DNA of 64,000 bases from an uncultured virus (IMG/VR IMGVR_UViG_3300010970_000163) (Duplodnaviria; Heunggongvirae; Uroviricota; Caudoviricetes). Below the pieces are notes generated by a model that was not told the origin of the DNA, searched no databases, and saw nothing but the letters and a program-made list of their open reading frames with translations. Positions 40,798-50,934 of the stretch are shown in pieces. Location of the stretch: the IMG/VR virus record IMGVR_UViG_3300010970_000163; one strand, 5' to 3'. How positions within the stretch are numbered: position 1 is the first letter of the stretch; each line of letters begins with the position of its first letter. The position numbers and the translations under genes were made by a program.

Positions 40798-41073
40798 TCA
40801 TACACTAGCTGCTTCACTATCTTCATCTGTATCTTTTTCTTCTAGTGAGGCGCGAAATAATCTTGCGTAGTTTTGAAATTCAGGATTGTTTCTCAGTTCT
40901 GTTAAATGAGGATAAATTGAAGAGTCCAATAATTGGTCTATTAGATTTTTTACAGACTCAATAATTTCTTCATTGCTTGATTCTATATTGAGAGCTAATA
41001 GTTCAACTATTAATTTTTCAAATGAGTCAGCAAAGGCTTCTACACCACCGCTTGTTAAATTTAATTGTTTCAT
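40798..41073 (-). CDS. Hypothetical protein
   Basis: 91-aa ORF after a -7 box at 41089-41096. Confidence 0.6.
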   Translation of the reverse strand: MKQLNLTSGGVEAFADSFEKLIVELLALNIESSNEEIIESVKNLIDQLLDSSIYPHLTELRNNPEFQNYARLFRASLEEKDTDEDSEAASV

Positions 41074-41350
41074 TTTGTATTATTTTCACAAATATACGAA
41101 TAACAGAAAACAATATGCAAATTAAGTTATTAACAATTTTAAATATTATTGGGAAGTTTGTATTCCTCTCCTGAGTCGAGGCTAGACTTATAATCTTTGA
41201 TTATGTCGCATAGGAGTGGCTTCTTGCCGATCTGAGAGCAGCCTAATTGATGAGCGTTATAGTACCCACATTCAGGGCATTTACTTTTTTGCTTTTTCAT
41301 GAGTGCAAGGTAATATTTTTTTTAATACCTTTGTTTGTATAAATAAAAAA

Positions 41351-42368
41351 ATGGATAAGCCACGTAAAAATAAAGAGAGTGTAAAAAGCCCACTTGCTTA
41401 CAATAAAAAAACTGGTGTTTTAACCAGAGGCAAAACTACATACGATAGCTCTACAGGAGAGCAGGTAAAGAAAAATTTATCTGTTACTATGCCTTGGAAG
41501 AAGGGTACAGGTAAGGATCGCTTCTACAGTATGAAGGAAGTTAGTTCCTTAGCTGGAGGAGAGAAGAAAGTACTTAAGTCGAGAGAGGTTAAGGTAGATA
41601 ACAAAGGCAATAAGATTAAGACTAAGGTTGATGGTAATGTTACCATGACTAAGACTAAGAAGGCCGGAGGGAACTCTCGTATCTCCATTACCGATGCTAA
41701 CACAGGTAGAAAATATTCTGCTAAGAATGCAATAGCAGCTAATAGAAAGGTTAACAAATTAAAGAGATCATAAGACATGGCAAAGGTTCAGAGTACATCC
41801 AATTTTAAGAAGAAGCCAAAGGTTAAAAGACCAGGCGTTCACGCTAAGACAAAAATGTCTCAGTGCAAGACTTCTAAGAATTATGCTAAACCCTATAGAT
41901 CACAAGGATGATGAAAGACTCAAGATTGACGAGAGCAGGTGTTACTGGTTTTAATAAGCCTAAGAGAACTCCAGGACACGCTAAGAAAAGTCATATTGTT
42001 GTAGCTAAAGAGGGGGAGACTATTAAGACTATCCGCTTTGGACAACAGGGCGTAAAGACTAATCAAACTGCCGGACAAAGGGAGGCGTTTAAGTCTCGTC
42101 ATGGCAAAAATATTGCTAAAGGAAAATTAAGTGCTGCGTATTGGTCCGACAAAATAAAATGGAGTCCAAGTAAGACAGCTCAACCTAAAAACAAAAAATG
42201 GGTAAAGGGATCATGAAAAAAGTAAATAAGTTGGGAGTTGAGAACTCTCTATGGAACAATATCCGAAAAAAGGCAGAGATGAATAAGAAGACTGGTGCTA
42301 AACCAAAGGCTGCTACTGCCGCTATGATAAAACAAGAAAAAAAGATTAAGAGTAAAAGTAAAAAGTAA
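41351..42368 (+). other. Operon of four small highly basic proteins (41351-41773, about 41777-41911, 41908-42216, 42213-42368)
   Basis: Lys-rich coupled ORFs after TACCTTTG at 41326-41333. Confidence 0.65.
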
Positions 42369-42393
42369 TATCTTTGTTTAAACATTTTATACC

Positions 42394-42729
42394 ATGAACG
42401 CATTCGATTTAAATAGAAAGGAATATATCCGGGTTAATAATAATAATTCAAGTGAATTAACTGATTTTAAAAAAGTTACATTTCTAACTTCCTTTGTTAT
42501 AACCGCAGATTCTGATAAATATCTACCCACTTTATACGAAGGGAGTCAAATTCTTTCTTCTAACGACAATCTCTTTACCAATATAGCACAGTATTGTACA
42601 GATACTTACGCTGATGGGAATGGATATGCTTGCTACATTTCAGAAATGAGTGTTTTGCATAATGATGTTAATATAAACATTCCATACGCAAAGGTAAATG
42701 TGTATGCTATGGATGGACGTGATCTTTAA
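42394..42729 (+). CDS. Hypothetical protein
   Basis: 111-aa ORF after TATCTTTG at 42369-42376. Confidence 0.6.
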   Translation: MNAFDLNRKEYIRVNNNNSSELTDFKKVTFLTSFVITADSDKYLPTLYEGSQILSSNDNLFTNIAQYCTDTYADGNGYACYISEMSVLHNDVNINIPYAKVNVYAMDGRDL

Positions 42730-43642
42730 ATAGAATCTCGGTTCATAAAGATAGACTTAATAGAATCGTAAGATAATTTGAATAGGCGTGGGTTTCCCAT
42801 GCCTATTTCTATTACAACATATTTCGGTAATAATTCATCAACCTGTCTTATAGACATTACATCTCGGATATCAAACATGGTGGTAACCAATTGTTCCGTT
42901 GGCGTGAGGTCAAAGAAGTCTACCCCTCCAGTATTGGTTAAGACTTCCATAGCCTCAATGTAGTAGCCTTTAATCAACATTTGGACGTAAGATATACCTG
43001 ATTAATCTTCGTAGGTTCTTTGCGTCTCTATAGGAGAGGGCGATTAGTTGTCTGCCTGTCTCATTAGTTATGGCAATATCTACTCCGGCTCCATTAGCCC
43101 ATTCAGTAACCTCCAACATTTTGTTCTCTTCCTTATCGTGGAAGTAAGAAACCTTAGTTTTTTTTGTGTGCATTTTCTTTAAATCTTAGTAATTGATGTT
43201 GATCGAGTACATACGAATCTCCTGTTCCAAGGTTACGAATATTCTCCTCTAATTTAACGTCCTGTGATCTAGCCCATCCTTCAAATCGTACAGTATAATC
43301 ACTCTCTACAATAGCAAGAACATACATATCCATTGGACGAGCGTTTAGCTTGACAATCAAACGGCCATTCTTTAGGCGAGTGCTTTTGATATCTATTGTC
43401 AAATTTTTATAGATACAATCTGGCTTACCTGCCGTATCATCAGCAAAAGACAGATCAAAGTGAATGTTGTGCCATTTACAGAAGGCGTATTCAGATAGAC
43501 ATCCATCGAAGTCTATTTCAAACCCTGACTTATCTGCGGCAAACTTTTGATCCGTGACATTATTTTTTCTACTGAAGAAAGATCTTGTGGAGGCGAGTGT
43601 TCGGAGGAAATGTACTTCCGATTCGTGCAATTTAATTATCAT
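42726..43642 (-). other. Three hypothetical genes (42726-42980, 42970-43173, 43154-43642); the last is PD-(D/E)xK-like
   Basis: Overlapping co-oriented ORFs; KPDC...TIDIKST in 43154-43642. Confidence 0.55.
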
Positions 43643-43736
43643 GACGATAATCCTGTTTTATTGTTATTATCTCCGTCTAAAAACGATGCTACTGCAATAA
43701 CACCAGCTATTGCTATAGCTAAAAGAAACCAGTCGT

Positions 43737-44111
43737 TCATAATAAGAATTTTATATTAGGTGGTGAGTATGATGAGGATTTGATTACCTTTCCGTATTCA
43801 TTATACAGAGGTTTCCCATCTTCTAATTTTGACATATTAGATCTGTGAATCTCATTAAAGATATCCTCCAATTTGTTTTGAATGCCGTGACGGATAGCTG
43901 TACCAATTAATACGTACAGCATATCACCAATGGCATCAGCTATTTCCACTAAATTTCCATCAGCAGCGGCATCTGCATACTCCTCTAATTCCTCTAAAAG
44001 TAATCTGTACTGGAGGACGATCTCGTTGCGATCTAAATTAGTAGTCTCGCTTCTAATAGGTAGATTGAAGGATGTGTTGAACTCCTCTACCTTTTCAATT
44101 AAATTTTTCAT
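43737..44111 (-). CDS. MazG-like nucleoside triphosphate pyrophosphohydrolase
   Basis: LLEELEEY...EIADAIGDMLYV...EIHRSNMSKL...GKVIK. Confidence 0.88.
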   Translation of the reverse strand: MKNLIEKVEEFNTSFNLPIRSETTNLDRNEIVLQYRLLLEELEEYADAAADGNLVEIADAIGDMLYVLIGTAIRHGIQNKLEDIFNEIHRSNMSKLEDGKPLYNEYGKVIKSSSYSPPNIKFLL

Positions 44112-44401
44112 TGTGTGTTTTATTTTCTTTTACAAAGATATAAAAGAATTTTATAAAGTCAATTAACAGATATTAACACGAGCGTGTTATGATCCACAGT
44201 AGAGGCATCCCTCCTCGTCATCATCATTTTGATTTAAGGAGGTGCGTAGAGCCTCCATTTCTACCTGAGCATCCGTCCAATCAGGGTGCATATTCTTAAT
44301 TAGGTGTTTTAAAAACATCAAGTTATTTTCCATATTTTTTATCTTCTTCGTATTCGTAATCCATTAAAGTAACAATCACAGGAGTGTAAGTCTCTGTTTC
44401 T

Positions 44402-44864
44402 TCATTGTATGTCATCCATAGCTCTTCGTAAGTATACGGCAAGGTCGAGGGCTTCTTCATAGGCTTCTTTTATCCAATCTTTCAAAATTAAGTCTTTTCG
44501 ATCAACTGTGGTCCCATATTCTTTCAAACCTTTTTCCTCTCTCTTACGAAGATCTGCAATTACACTTTCAAGAGTATTTGAACTTTTTTCATCCTTGTAA
44601 TTGTACTTGATTTTGCTTATAGTTGTCTTACTCTGCTCCATGTGTTTCGTAGTGTTTAACAATAATATCTTCAACAAATCTTTTCTTCATCTCGTTCCAA
44701 CCACCCCAATCTGTCTCACTTGAAGATGGGTGAGCGTCTACTTCATATGCCGTTCCTGCGAAGTTTACGATCTTCGTTAGAGTGTATGAGTACTTCATGT
44801 CTAAAATAACTTCACCATTAAAATGGTAGATAGTTTGATGCGGTTTGTCAATTGTAATTTCCAT
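44402..44864 (-). other. Two small genes (44402-44677, MazG-like helical; 44628-44864, hypothetical)
   Basis: R...GLKEYGTT.DR.DL...WI.EAYEEALDLAVYL in the first ORF. Confidence 0.55.
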
Positions 44865-44871
44865 TGTGTTT

Positions 44872-45384
44872 TTAGTGTTTGATTTTTAACTTGAAGATTA
44901 AATCGTTATATGCCTGTCTTGGTTGGCGGTATCCAAGCTCCTCCATTTTTTCAACAAAGTACTGGACGATCATTCTATCTTTCCATGATGTTTCCATAGA
45001 GTCCTGAAACATATTAATTCCGTGCAGAATGGTGGCGTGATTTTTATTTCCAAACTCACTACCAATACCCTCTAATGTTACAGGTAATGTTTTGTACATC
45101 ATCCAATATACTAAACGTCTGTAGAGAATATTCTCTTCTTTTCTATTCATCTCACCTGTCGCGTTATAAACTTTGATAGCTAAATCTTTCATGAGATCAA
45201 TGTAGCTCCTCATATTAGTTCCTAAAGCAACATTGTGTATCACATGACTAAACTTATCAGCTTCTTCTTTTAAGTGAGGAACATAAAGAATTAGATCGTG
45301 AATGAATCTTTCTTTCCTCTCATTCGGCACATACTCTAAGATGTCTCCAAAGTGAATTTCTTTTTTTTCTTTTTCTGTTGTCAT
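44872..45384 (-). CDS. DnaA C-terminal (domain IV-like) HTH protein
   Basis: TLEGIGSEFGNKNHATILHGI matches the DnaA S(L)..IG..FG.RDH.TV.H signature. Confidence 0.8.
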   Translation of the reverse strand: MTTEKEKKEIHFGDILEYVPNERKERFIHDLILYVPHLKEEADKFSHVIHNVALGTNMRSYIDLMKDLAIKVYNATGEMNRKEENILYRRLVYWMMYKTLPVTLEGIGSEFGNKNHATILHGINMFQDSMETSWKDRMIVQYFVEKMEELGYRQPRQAYNDLIFKLKIKH

Positions 45385-45396
45385 TTGTTTTTTTTG

Positions 45397-45846
45397 TTAT
45401 TTGATTTGATTAAACATTTCCTTTACTTGATCTAGTGAGTGTTTTTGAATAAAATCCCAGTAGACGAATTTGTATAAATTATGTAGATATTTCTCTCGGT
45501 ATTTTTCAGTACTATTTGGCTTTCCGAGACCAAGCTCCTTGCAAGTTCGATTACTTGCGTTTTTCTTGATGTTTTCATTTACTTCTTTTTGTATCAAATT
45601 ATTATTTCGCAAATATCTAACATTTTTCTCACAAAATGCAAATAAAACTTCAATTATTTCTACATATTTTTTATCAACACAGATATAAACAGCCTCGACA
45701 TTCTCGTAGAAGTCTTGTTTTGAGCCACTTAGCTCCCCGTTCTTATAGGATGTAATTGCCACCTGTCTAAGTCCGTATTGAAATGCCGGATCAGAATGGT
45801 ATATCTTCGTTTCCATAAACGTCATCATTTTTTTGTTCATAATCAT
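45397..45846 (-). CDS. Hypothetical protein
   Basis: 149-aa ORF overlapping the end of the primase-helicase gene. Confidence 0.55.
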   Translation of the reverse strand: MIMNKKMMTFMETKIYHSDPAFQYGLRQVAITSYKNGELSGSKQDFYENVEAVYICVDKKYVEIIEVLFAFCEKNVRYLRNNNLIQKEVNENIKKNASNRTCKELGLGKPNSTEKYREKYLHNLYKFVYWDFIQKHSLDQVKEMFNQIK

Positions 45847-47539
45847 TTATTGGACTAAAACGCTCCTCGCTTCCAATCTCAGTGAAACGCTTGCACTTTA
45901 CATCGTATAGGAATCGCACCTCTCCAACTCTTCCCACAAAAGACCACCTAATCTTCTGAATGTGGACCTGTGTCTCTCCAGTTGCGTAATCTCTATAGAC
46001 CACAAAACCATTGTCACATTTGTTGAAGAAATGTGCTGAACCTGCGATGTCGTAGAGAGTAGGGACAACATAGGCTCCATTCTCTTTTCTAATTTTTGTC
46101 GGGTGTGCGACAAGGAAAACGTGTACTCCATAACGATCTTTAAATCTTTTTACTTTTGTTAATGCCTCTGATATATATTGTGTCTCGCTCATACCTTTCG
46201 GCACTTGGTGTTCTACATAGTTCCAAGGATCTATTACGAGACAATTGATTCCGTTTCTTTTCACAAGTTCTGCTGCTTTGTCGAGGATACCATCAATGGT
46301 AACATCCATCTCATCGATCTTCATAAAGAAGAACATGTCCTCCACAAATTCACGGGCAACATCAACCTCCTTCTCAGTCATCTTATTAATCGGATTGTAG
46401 GAGAAGAAAGACTTGCCTATAAATAACTCAGCCAACTCTGTGAATAGAATCTCTGTAGGTTGCTTCTCAGGAGAGAACATGGCCACCTTCCATGAGTGCT
46501 TTGCGGCAAGTCGTACAATAATATTACTTAAAAATGTAGACTTACCAGCGTTGGGAGTACCTGTAATTATTGTAAACTCTGAACCTCTAAAAGAAATATG
46601 TTCATCAAGCATTGGATAGCCAGCCTTAAGACCTGTTGGAAAACCGTTAAGATATATATCGTTTATCTTATCACGTACATCATTTACTTTTTCTATTCCT
46701 TCTATCGGTATCTGATAAGCCTCAGCTATTACTTTTTGTAGCATCTCAGGACCGTATGTGAGAAGAATCTCATTGGCATCCTTACATCCGTCAATAGAAT
46801 TTACATACCATATTCTCTCTCTACCAAGTCTCCTTGTCAACTCATCGCGTAGAGAAAGTCCTGCTGAATCGTTATCGGTAAAAATGATGATTTTATCCTT
46901 GTCTGCAAAGTCATCAATACAGTTATCGAGATACTTTAAGTTCTGATTACCTTTTGAAGCCCCGTTTGGGACGCTTACGACAGGGTAGATTCCACTTTCG
47001 TGCATCGAGAGGCAGTCCATTTCACCTTCAACGATTACACACCATTTATAGCCCTCTAATGAGGTCAGATTGTAAAGGATCAATTCTGCCCCTGATACCA
47101 TTCTGAAATTCTTCTCAGCGTCTCGGTATTTTACATTGACAAGAATGTTATTTTTAAAGTAGTTGAAGCAGATAGCATTTCTCTTCTTTTGAACCTGAGG
47201 AAAGAACTGCTCCTCCTCCGTGATTTTAAATTGGAGAAGTGTGTTATTGGATATCCCTCTTGACTCAAACCAAGATACAACCTTATCGCTCACCTTCTGA
47301 AGTCGAGACACGGGCATTACATATTCAACTTTCTTCTCGTTTAGATTGACACTCTTGCCTTCTGATGCCGAGCATGACGGGTAGTGACACTTGTACACTC
47401 CCATCTCCACGTTAACAGATAGACTCTTGTCCTTCTTGTTCGATCTGCCGTCCACACAGAAAGGGCAATTAACCTTCTGCTGTCCTGAGATGTCCTTGCA
47501 CTTAATTCCTAGTGCTGTTATTTTTTGGTAGTTGCTCAT
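45791..47539 (-). CDS. Primase-helicase (T7 gp4/Twinkle-like)
   Basis: Zn finger CPFC, TOPRIM VEGEMD/DND..G/KDANE, Walker A GTPNAGKS, VIDPWN and VAHPTK. Confidence 0.95.
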   Translation of the reverse strand: MSNYQKITALGIKCKDISGQQKVNCPFCVDGRSNKKDKSLSVNVEMGVYKCHYPSCSASEGKSVNLNEKKVEYVMPVSRLQKVSDKVVSWFESRGISNNTLLQFKITEEEQFFPQVQKKRNAICFNYFKNNILVNVKYRDAEKNFRMVSGAELILYNLTSLEGYKWCVIVEGEMDCLSMHESGIYPVVSVPNGASKGNQNLKYLDNCIDDFADKDKIIIFTDNDSAGLSLRDELTRRLGRERIWYVNSIDGCKDANEILLTYGPEMLQKVIAEAYQIPIEGIEKVNDVRDKINDIYLNGFPTGLKAGYPMLDEHISFRGSEFTIITGTPNAGKSTFLSNIIVRLAAKHSWKVAMFSPEKQPTEILFTELAELFIGKSFFSYNPINKMTEKEVDVAREFVEDMFFFMKIDEMDVTIDGILDKAAELVKRNGINCLVIDPWNYVEHQVPKGMSETQYISEALTKVKRFKDRYGVHVFLVAHPTKIRKENGAYVVPTLYDIAGSAHFFNKCDNGFVVYRDYATGETQVHIQKIRWSFVGRVGEVRFLYDVKCKRFTEIGSEERFSPINDYEQKNDDVYGNEDIPF

Positions 47540-48273
47540 ATTTTCTTGAAGTATCCTTGTTCTGCTCTATCGATTTCTTGTTGTGTTTTTAAATGCGTTC
47601 CTCCGAATATGTCTCTTACCTTAAACTTTCCCTCTTGAATCTTGTATTGATCCTTAAACCAATTGTTCCTCATCTTGCTCTTCCAGTTTAAGACTTTGTT
47701 GCCATAGCTATCGGTCCATCCTAAATCGACATAGTATCCATAACATTTGATTGCCGTTTCTTCGTTATAACCATTTTCTTTAAAGAACGCCTTTACTTCT
47801 TCCTCAGTGGGTGGCACAAAACTTTTCTTCTTCGATTTTGCCAATATATTATTTGTCTTTGTATTAACTTCTGTATTTGTATTAATACTCTGTCTTTGTA
47901 TAGGCATACTTTGACCGAGGTCGGCAAATGCCGATGTCGGCTTTTCCCGAGTGTCGGAATCTTCTAATATCGGCTCTTCGTACACAACGTGATTCCAGCC
48001 CTTAAACACCTTTGTCTTAGTGTCAATTACTTTTACGCTAACTATGTAACCCTTCTCTTGAAGCTGTTTAAACACACGATCAATAGTACCCTTAGAGTCA
48101 GGCATATTTTCATGCAACTTTGATTTGTACAATATCCAATCTTCTGGCAATGAAAGCAAGTAAACAAGAAGACCTCTTTCCTCTATTGTTAAACTCTTTG
48201 ATCTAAGAACATCGTTCTTAACCATTGTAAAATCTCTTATAGATTTTGCTCTTACAATTTGTCCTGTGTTCAT
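47536..48273 (-). CDS. Replication initiator-like protein (N-terminal HTH)
   Basis: FTMVKNDVLRSKSLT..ERGLLVYLLSLPEDW, and a C-terminal FVPPT.EEV...GW...NWKSKMRNNW domain. Confidence 0.8.
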   Translation of the reverse strand: MNTGQIVRAKSIRDFTMVKNDVLRSKSLTIEERGLLVYLLSLPEDWILYKSKLHENMPDSKGTIDRVFKQLQEKGYIVSVKVIDTKTKVFKGWNHVVYEEPILEDSDTREKPTSAFADLGQSMPIQRQSINTNTEVNTKTNNILAKSKKKSFVPPTEEEVKAFFKENGYNEETAIKCYGYYVDLGWTDSYGNKVLNWKSKMRNNWFKDQYKIQEGKFKVRDIFGGTHLKTQQEIDRAEQGYFKKI

Positions 48274-48279
48274 AATGTG

Positions 48280-48371
48280 AAAAAAAATGCCCCGAAGAAC
48301 AGGGAGGTAGAGGACTCACCTATTCAACAGGGCTAATATTTTTTGTTTATTTTGTCGGCCTCTACTCCAAC
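48280..48371 (-). promoter_or_regulatory. Leader with two hairpins (terminator plus complementary kissing loops)
   Basis: Loop AGUAGAGG is complementary to terminator loop UCCUCUAC; U8 tract; -7 box at 48376-48383. Confidence 0.65.
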
Positions 48372-48390
48372 GAAACAAATATAATGCTTT

Positions 48391-48609
48391 TTACGCTGCT
48401 CTCCAAATACGAACACCGCCATCCATAGTTCTTGCGGTAAGCTCGTAGTTTCTTTTCTTCTTTTGGTAGAACAATTTAGCTAGGTACTTTGAAGTCTCTC
48501 CTTTAACGAAGAAAGAATCACCTACTTCTAATTCAGGCAAGATGTATTCTGTCTTGCGGCCTCTTCCACTGCTATCTGGGATCGGAATGTTTTTGTCAAT
48601 ATTCAACAT
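48391..48609 (-). CDS. Small putative DNA-binding protein
   Basis: IDKNIPIP...LEVGDSFFV...GVRIWR, a common small phage family. Confidence 0.65.
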   Translation of the reverse strand: MLNIDKNIPIPDSSGRGRKTEYILPELEVGDSFFVKGETSKYLAKLFYQKKKRNYELTARTMDGGVRIWRAA

Positions 48610-48776
48610 GGTTTTTTTATTATGTGTGTTTTTACTTTTGCAAATGTAATGACATTCTTACAAATATTCCAAATAAATTTTAATAACAAGTTAACCCACT
48701 CTTGTTGAAAACTATTAAAACCATTCCTTTACATTACAAACTTTATTGTTAAATTTGCAAAACAAAATTACATAAA

Positions 48777-49121
48777 ATGAATATTAAAGGAAAAATCAAA
48801 TCGGTAGGCAACACCGAACAGAAGAGTGCCAAATTTGCAATCAGAACATTTGTTGTTGAGATTGAGGGTAAGTACCCGGAGTTGATTGAGTTTCAACTTG
48901 TAAACAACAACACGCTCATTATCGATCCATTTACGGCAGGAGATGAGGTTGATGTTCACTTCAATCTAAAAGGCAGAGAGTATAACGGAAGAGTATATAA
49001 TTCTCTTCAGGCATGGAAGATTGAGGGAGAACCTAAATCAAACACAAATGAAACAGCAACACAAGAAAACGCCCCTCAGACCACAACCGAGACAAAAGAA
49101 GACGGAGACCTCCCATTCTAA
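48777..49121 (+). CDS. Single-stranded DNA-binding protein (DUF3127-like)
   Basis: OB-fold pattern FNLKGREYNGRVYNSLQAWKI and acidic DGDLPF tail. Confidence 0.88.
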   Translation: MNIKGKIKSVGNTEQKSAKFAIRTFVVEIEGKYPELIEFQLVNNNTLIIDPFTAGDEVDVHFNLKGREYNGRVYNSLQAWKIEGEPKSNTNETATQENAPQTTTETKEDGDLPF

Positions 49122-49130
49122 TGTTAAAAG

Positions 49131-49158
49131 AAAGTCCCCCTTGTTTAGGGGGATTTTT
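49131..49158 (+). terminator. Intrinsic terminator after SSB
   Basis: GTCCCCC-ttgttta-GGGGGAT followed by TTTT. Confidence 0.65.
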
Positions 49159-49182
49159 GTATTTTTGGATAAAATAAAATCT

Positions 49183-49524
49183 ATGTTCTTCAAATCCAAA
49201 AAGAAAAAAGAGGGGGATTTAACTCCATTGCCAGTTCTTTGCAGTACATATTGTGTTGTTTGGAATAGCGAAGAAGAGATTGAAAGTAATCCAGGTCAAG
49301 GCCTGTATGCAGACTTTGTTCCTATTATTTTTGATGTTACCAAGGTAACTGCAATACAAGCTGATGTAGAATTTAGAAATGATGGATCAGCGGCAGTGGG
49401 ATCTAGAACATTGTTATACTTAGTAGGTTCTAGTGAGCCTTTGATAATTGACTGCCCGTATAATACTTTTGTAGAATCATTCACTCTTTTAAAATCAAAC
49501 GAAGCTTATAACAACACTAAGTGA
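49183..49524 (+). CDS. Hypothetical protein
   Basis: Likely start MFFKSKKK after the terminator. Confidence 0.55.
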   Translation: MFFKSKKKKEGDLTPLPVLCSTYCVVWNSEEEIESNPGQGLYADFVPIIFDVTKVTAIQADVEFRNDGSAAVGSRTLLYLVGSSEPLIIDCPYNTFVESFTLLKSNEAYNNTK

Positions 49525-49555
49525 TGTTTAACTTTAAATACTTTAAACAAGCTAT

Positions 49556-50713
49556 ATGACAATCTCCAAATTAGTACAGTTACTTCACTCTAGGCCAGGT
49601 TATTTAAAGTCAGGTCCAAGTTACATAGCGAGAAAATTTAAAGTCAGTTTGAAGGACGCTACAGCAGCTTTAAAATCTGCACGAGCTGAAAGAAATGAAG
49701 TTAATAGAAAAGTTGTAAAGGTTGAGCTAACCAATGATTCTGACAATGTTATAACTGAGTTTGAGCAGTATTTAGATAAAAACGGTATTGATCATTCTAT
49801 GGTTAATTCTGTTAAATACTGGCAAAATATGAAAGGAGAACAGAGGTTCTCTGTAGTAACAAAAAGCGAAAGAAGAGCAGAAGAGATTCAGAAAGATATT
49901 GAAGAGTTTGCGGCTAGTTACAGTCCTAAAGCTAGAGTAATAACTAAAGGTAGAGGACATGACTACAAAGTGAAGTCAACTTTAGAAATTTCTCTTCCTG
50001 ATATTCACTACGGCAAGTTAACAGATATTACCCTAGAGGAAATGGAGAGGCAATTCCTTGACACAATTGAGGACTTAGTTAATAAGGGGAAAGGGTTGAA
50101 TATTGAAAGAGTTCTTCTACCTATTGGAAATGACGGAATGAATACAGATGGAATGAGAATGTCTACAACAAAAGGGACTCCTCAACATGATGTCATTGGA
50201 TGGAAGGAATCATTTAAAGGTTATTGGACTCTAATAGTTAGGGCAGTAGATTTCTTAAAAGATGTAGCTCCAGTTGATATAATTGTTGTATCTGGAAACC
50301 ATGACTACGAGAGAATGTTTTATGCCGGAGATGTTTTAGCAGGTTGGTACCGCAACGATCCGAATGTAACTGTAGATAACTCTACAATGCCTAGAAAATA
50401 TTATAAGTACGGGAAAAACATGATAATGTTTACCCATGGAGATAATGAAAAACCTGCTGATATGCCACTAATAATGGCAACTGAGCAACCTGAGATGTTT
50501 GCGACAACTGAATTTAGAGAGGCTCATTGTGGGCATTATCATAAGGAACAGGTAAACGAATACCGAGGTGTTAAGGTGAGATTTCTCCCATCGATATGCG
50601 CATTAGATGAATGGCATAAAAAGATGGGTTATCAATCACTCAGAGCAGCTCAGGCATTTATTTGGAATCACGATGAAGGCCTTGAGGGGTATTTACAAAG
50701 TAATGTTAAATAA
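49556..50713 (+). CDS. Calcineurin-like metallophosphoesterase
   Basis: DIHYG, GND, GNHD, THGD and GHYH motifs. Confidence 0.88.
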   Translation: MTISKLVQLLHSRPGYLKSGPSYIARKFKVSLKDATAALKSARAERNEVNRKVVKVELTNDSDNVITEFEQYLDKNGIDHSMVNSVKYWQNMKGEQRFSVVTKSERRAEEIQKDIEEFAASYSPKARVITKGRGHDYKVKSTLEISLPDIHYGKLTDITLEEMERQFLDTIEDLVNKGKGLNIERVLLPIGNDGMNTDGMRMSTTKGTPQHDVIGWKESFKGYWTLIVRAVDFLKDVAPVDIIVVSGNHDYERMFYAGDVLAGWYRNDPNVTVDNSTMPRKYYKYGKNMIMFTHGDNEKPADMPLIMATEQPEMFATTEFREAHCGHYHKEQVNEYRGVKVRFLPSICALDEWHKKMGYQSLRAAQAFIWNHDEGLEGYLQSNVK

Positions 50714-50934
50714 AAATATGAAATTATACATTTTGTCATTTGACACTGCCTATGAGACAGTGAATACTGGAGAGGCAACATTATTGACTCCTAATTTTAC
50801 ACAGTTAAAAAATCACTAACAAAAAATGGGGTTCGTTAACCCCACTTTCTGCACACAAATAAAAAACACACATTATAGGACCAGAACAGTCCTATACAAA
50901 AGTATCTCAATTTCACACACGAAAAAAACATTAT

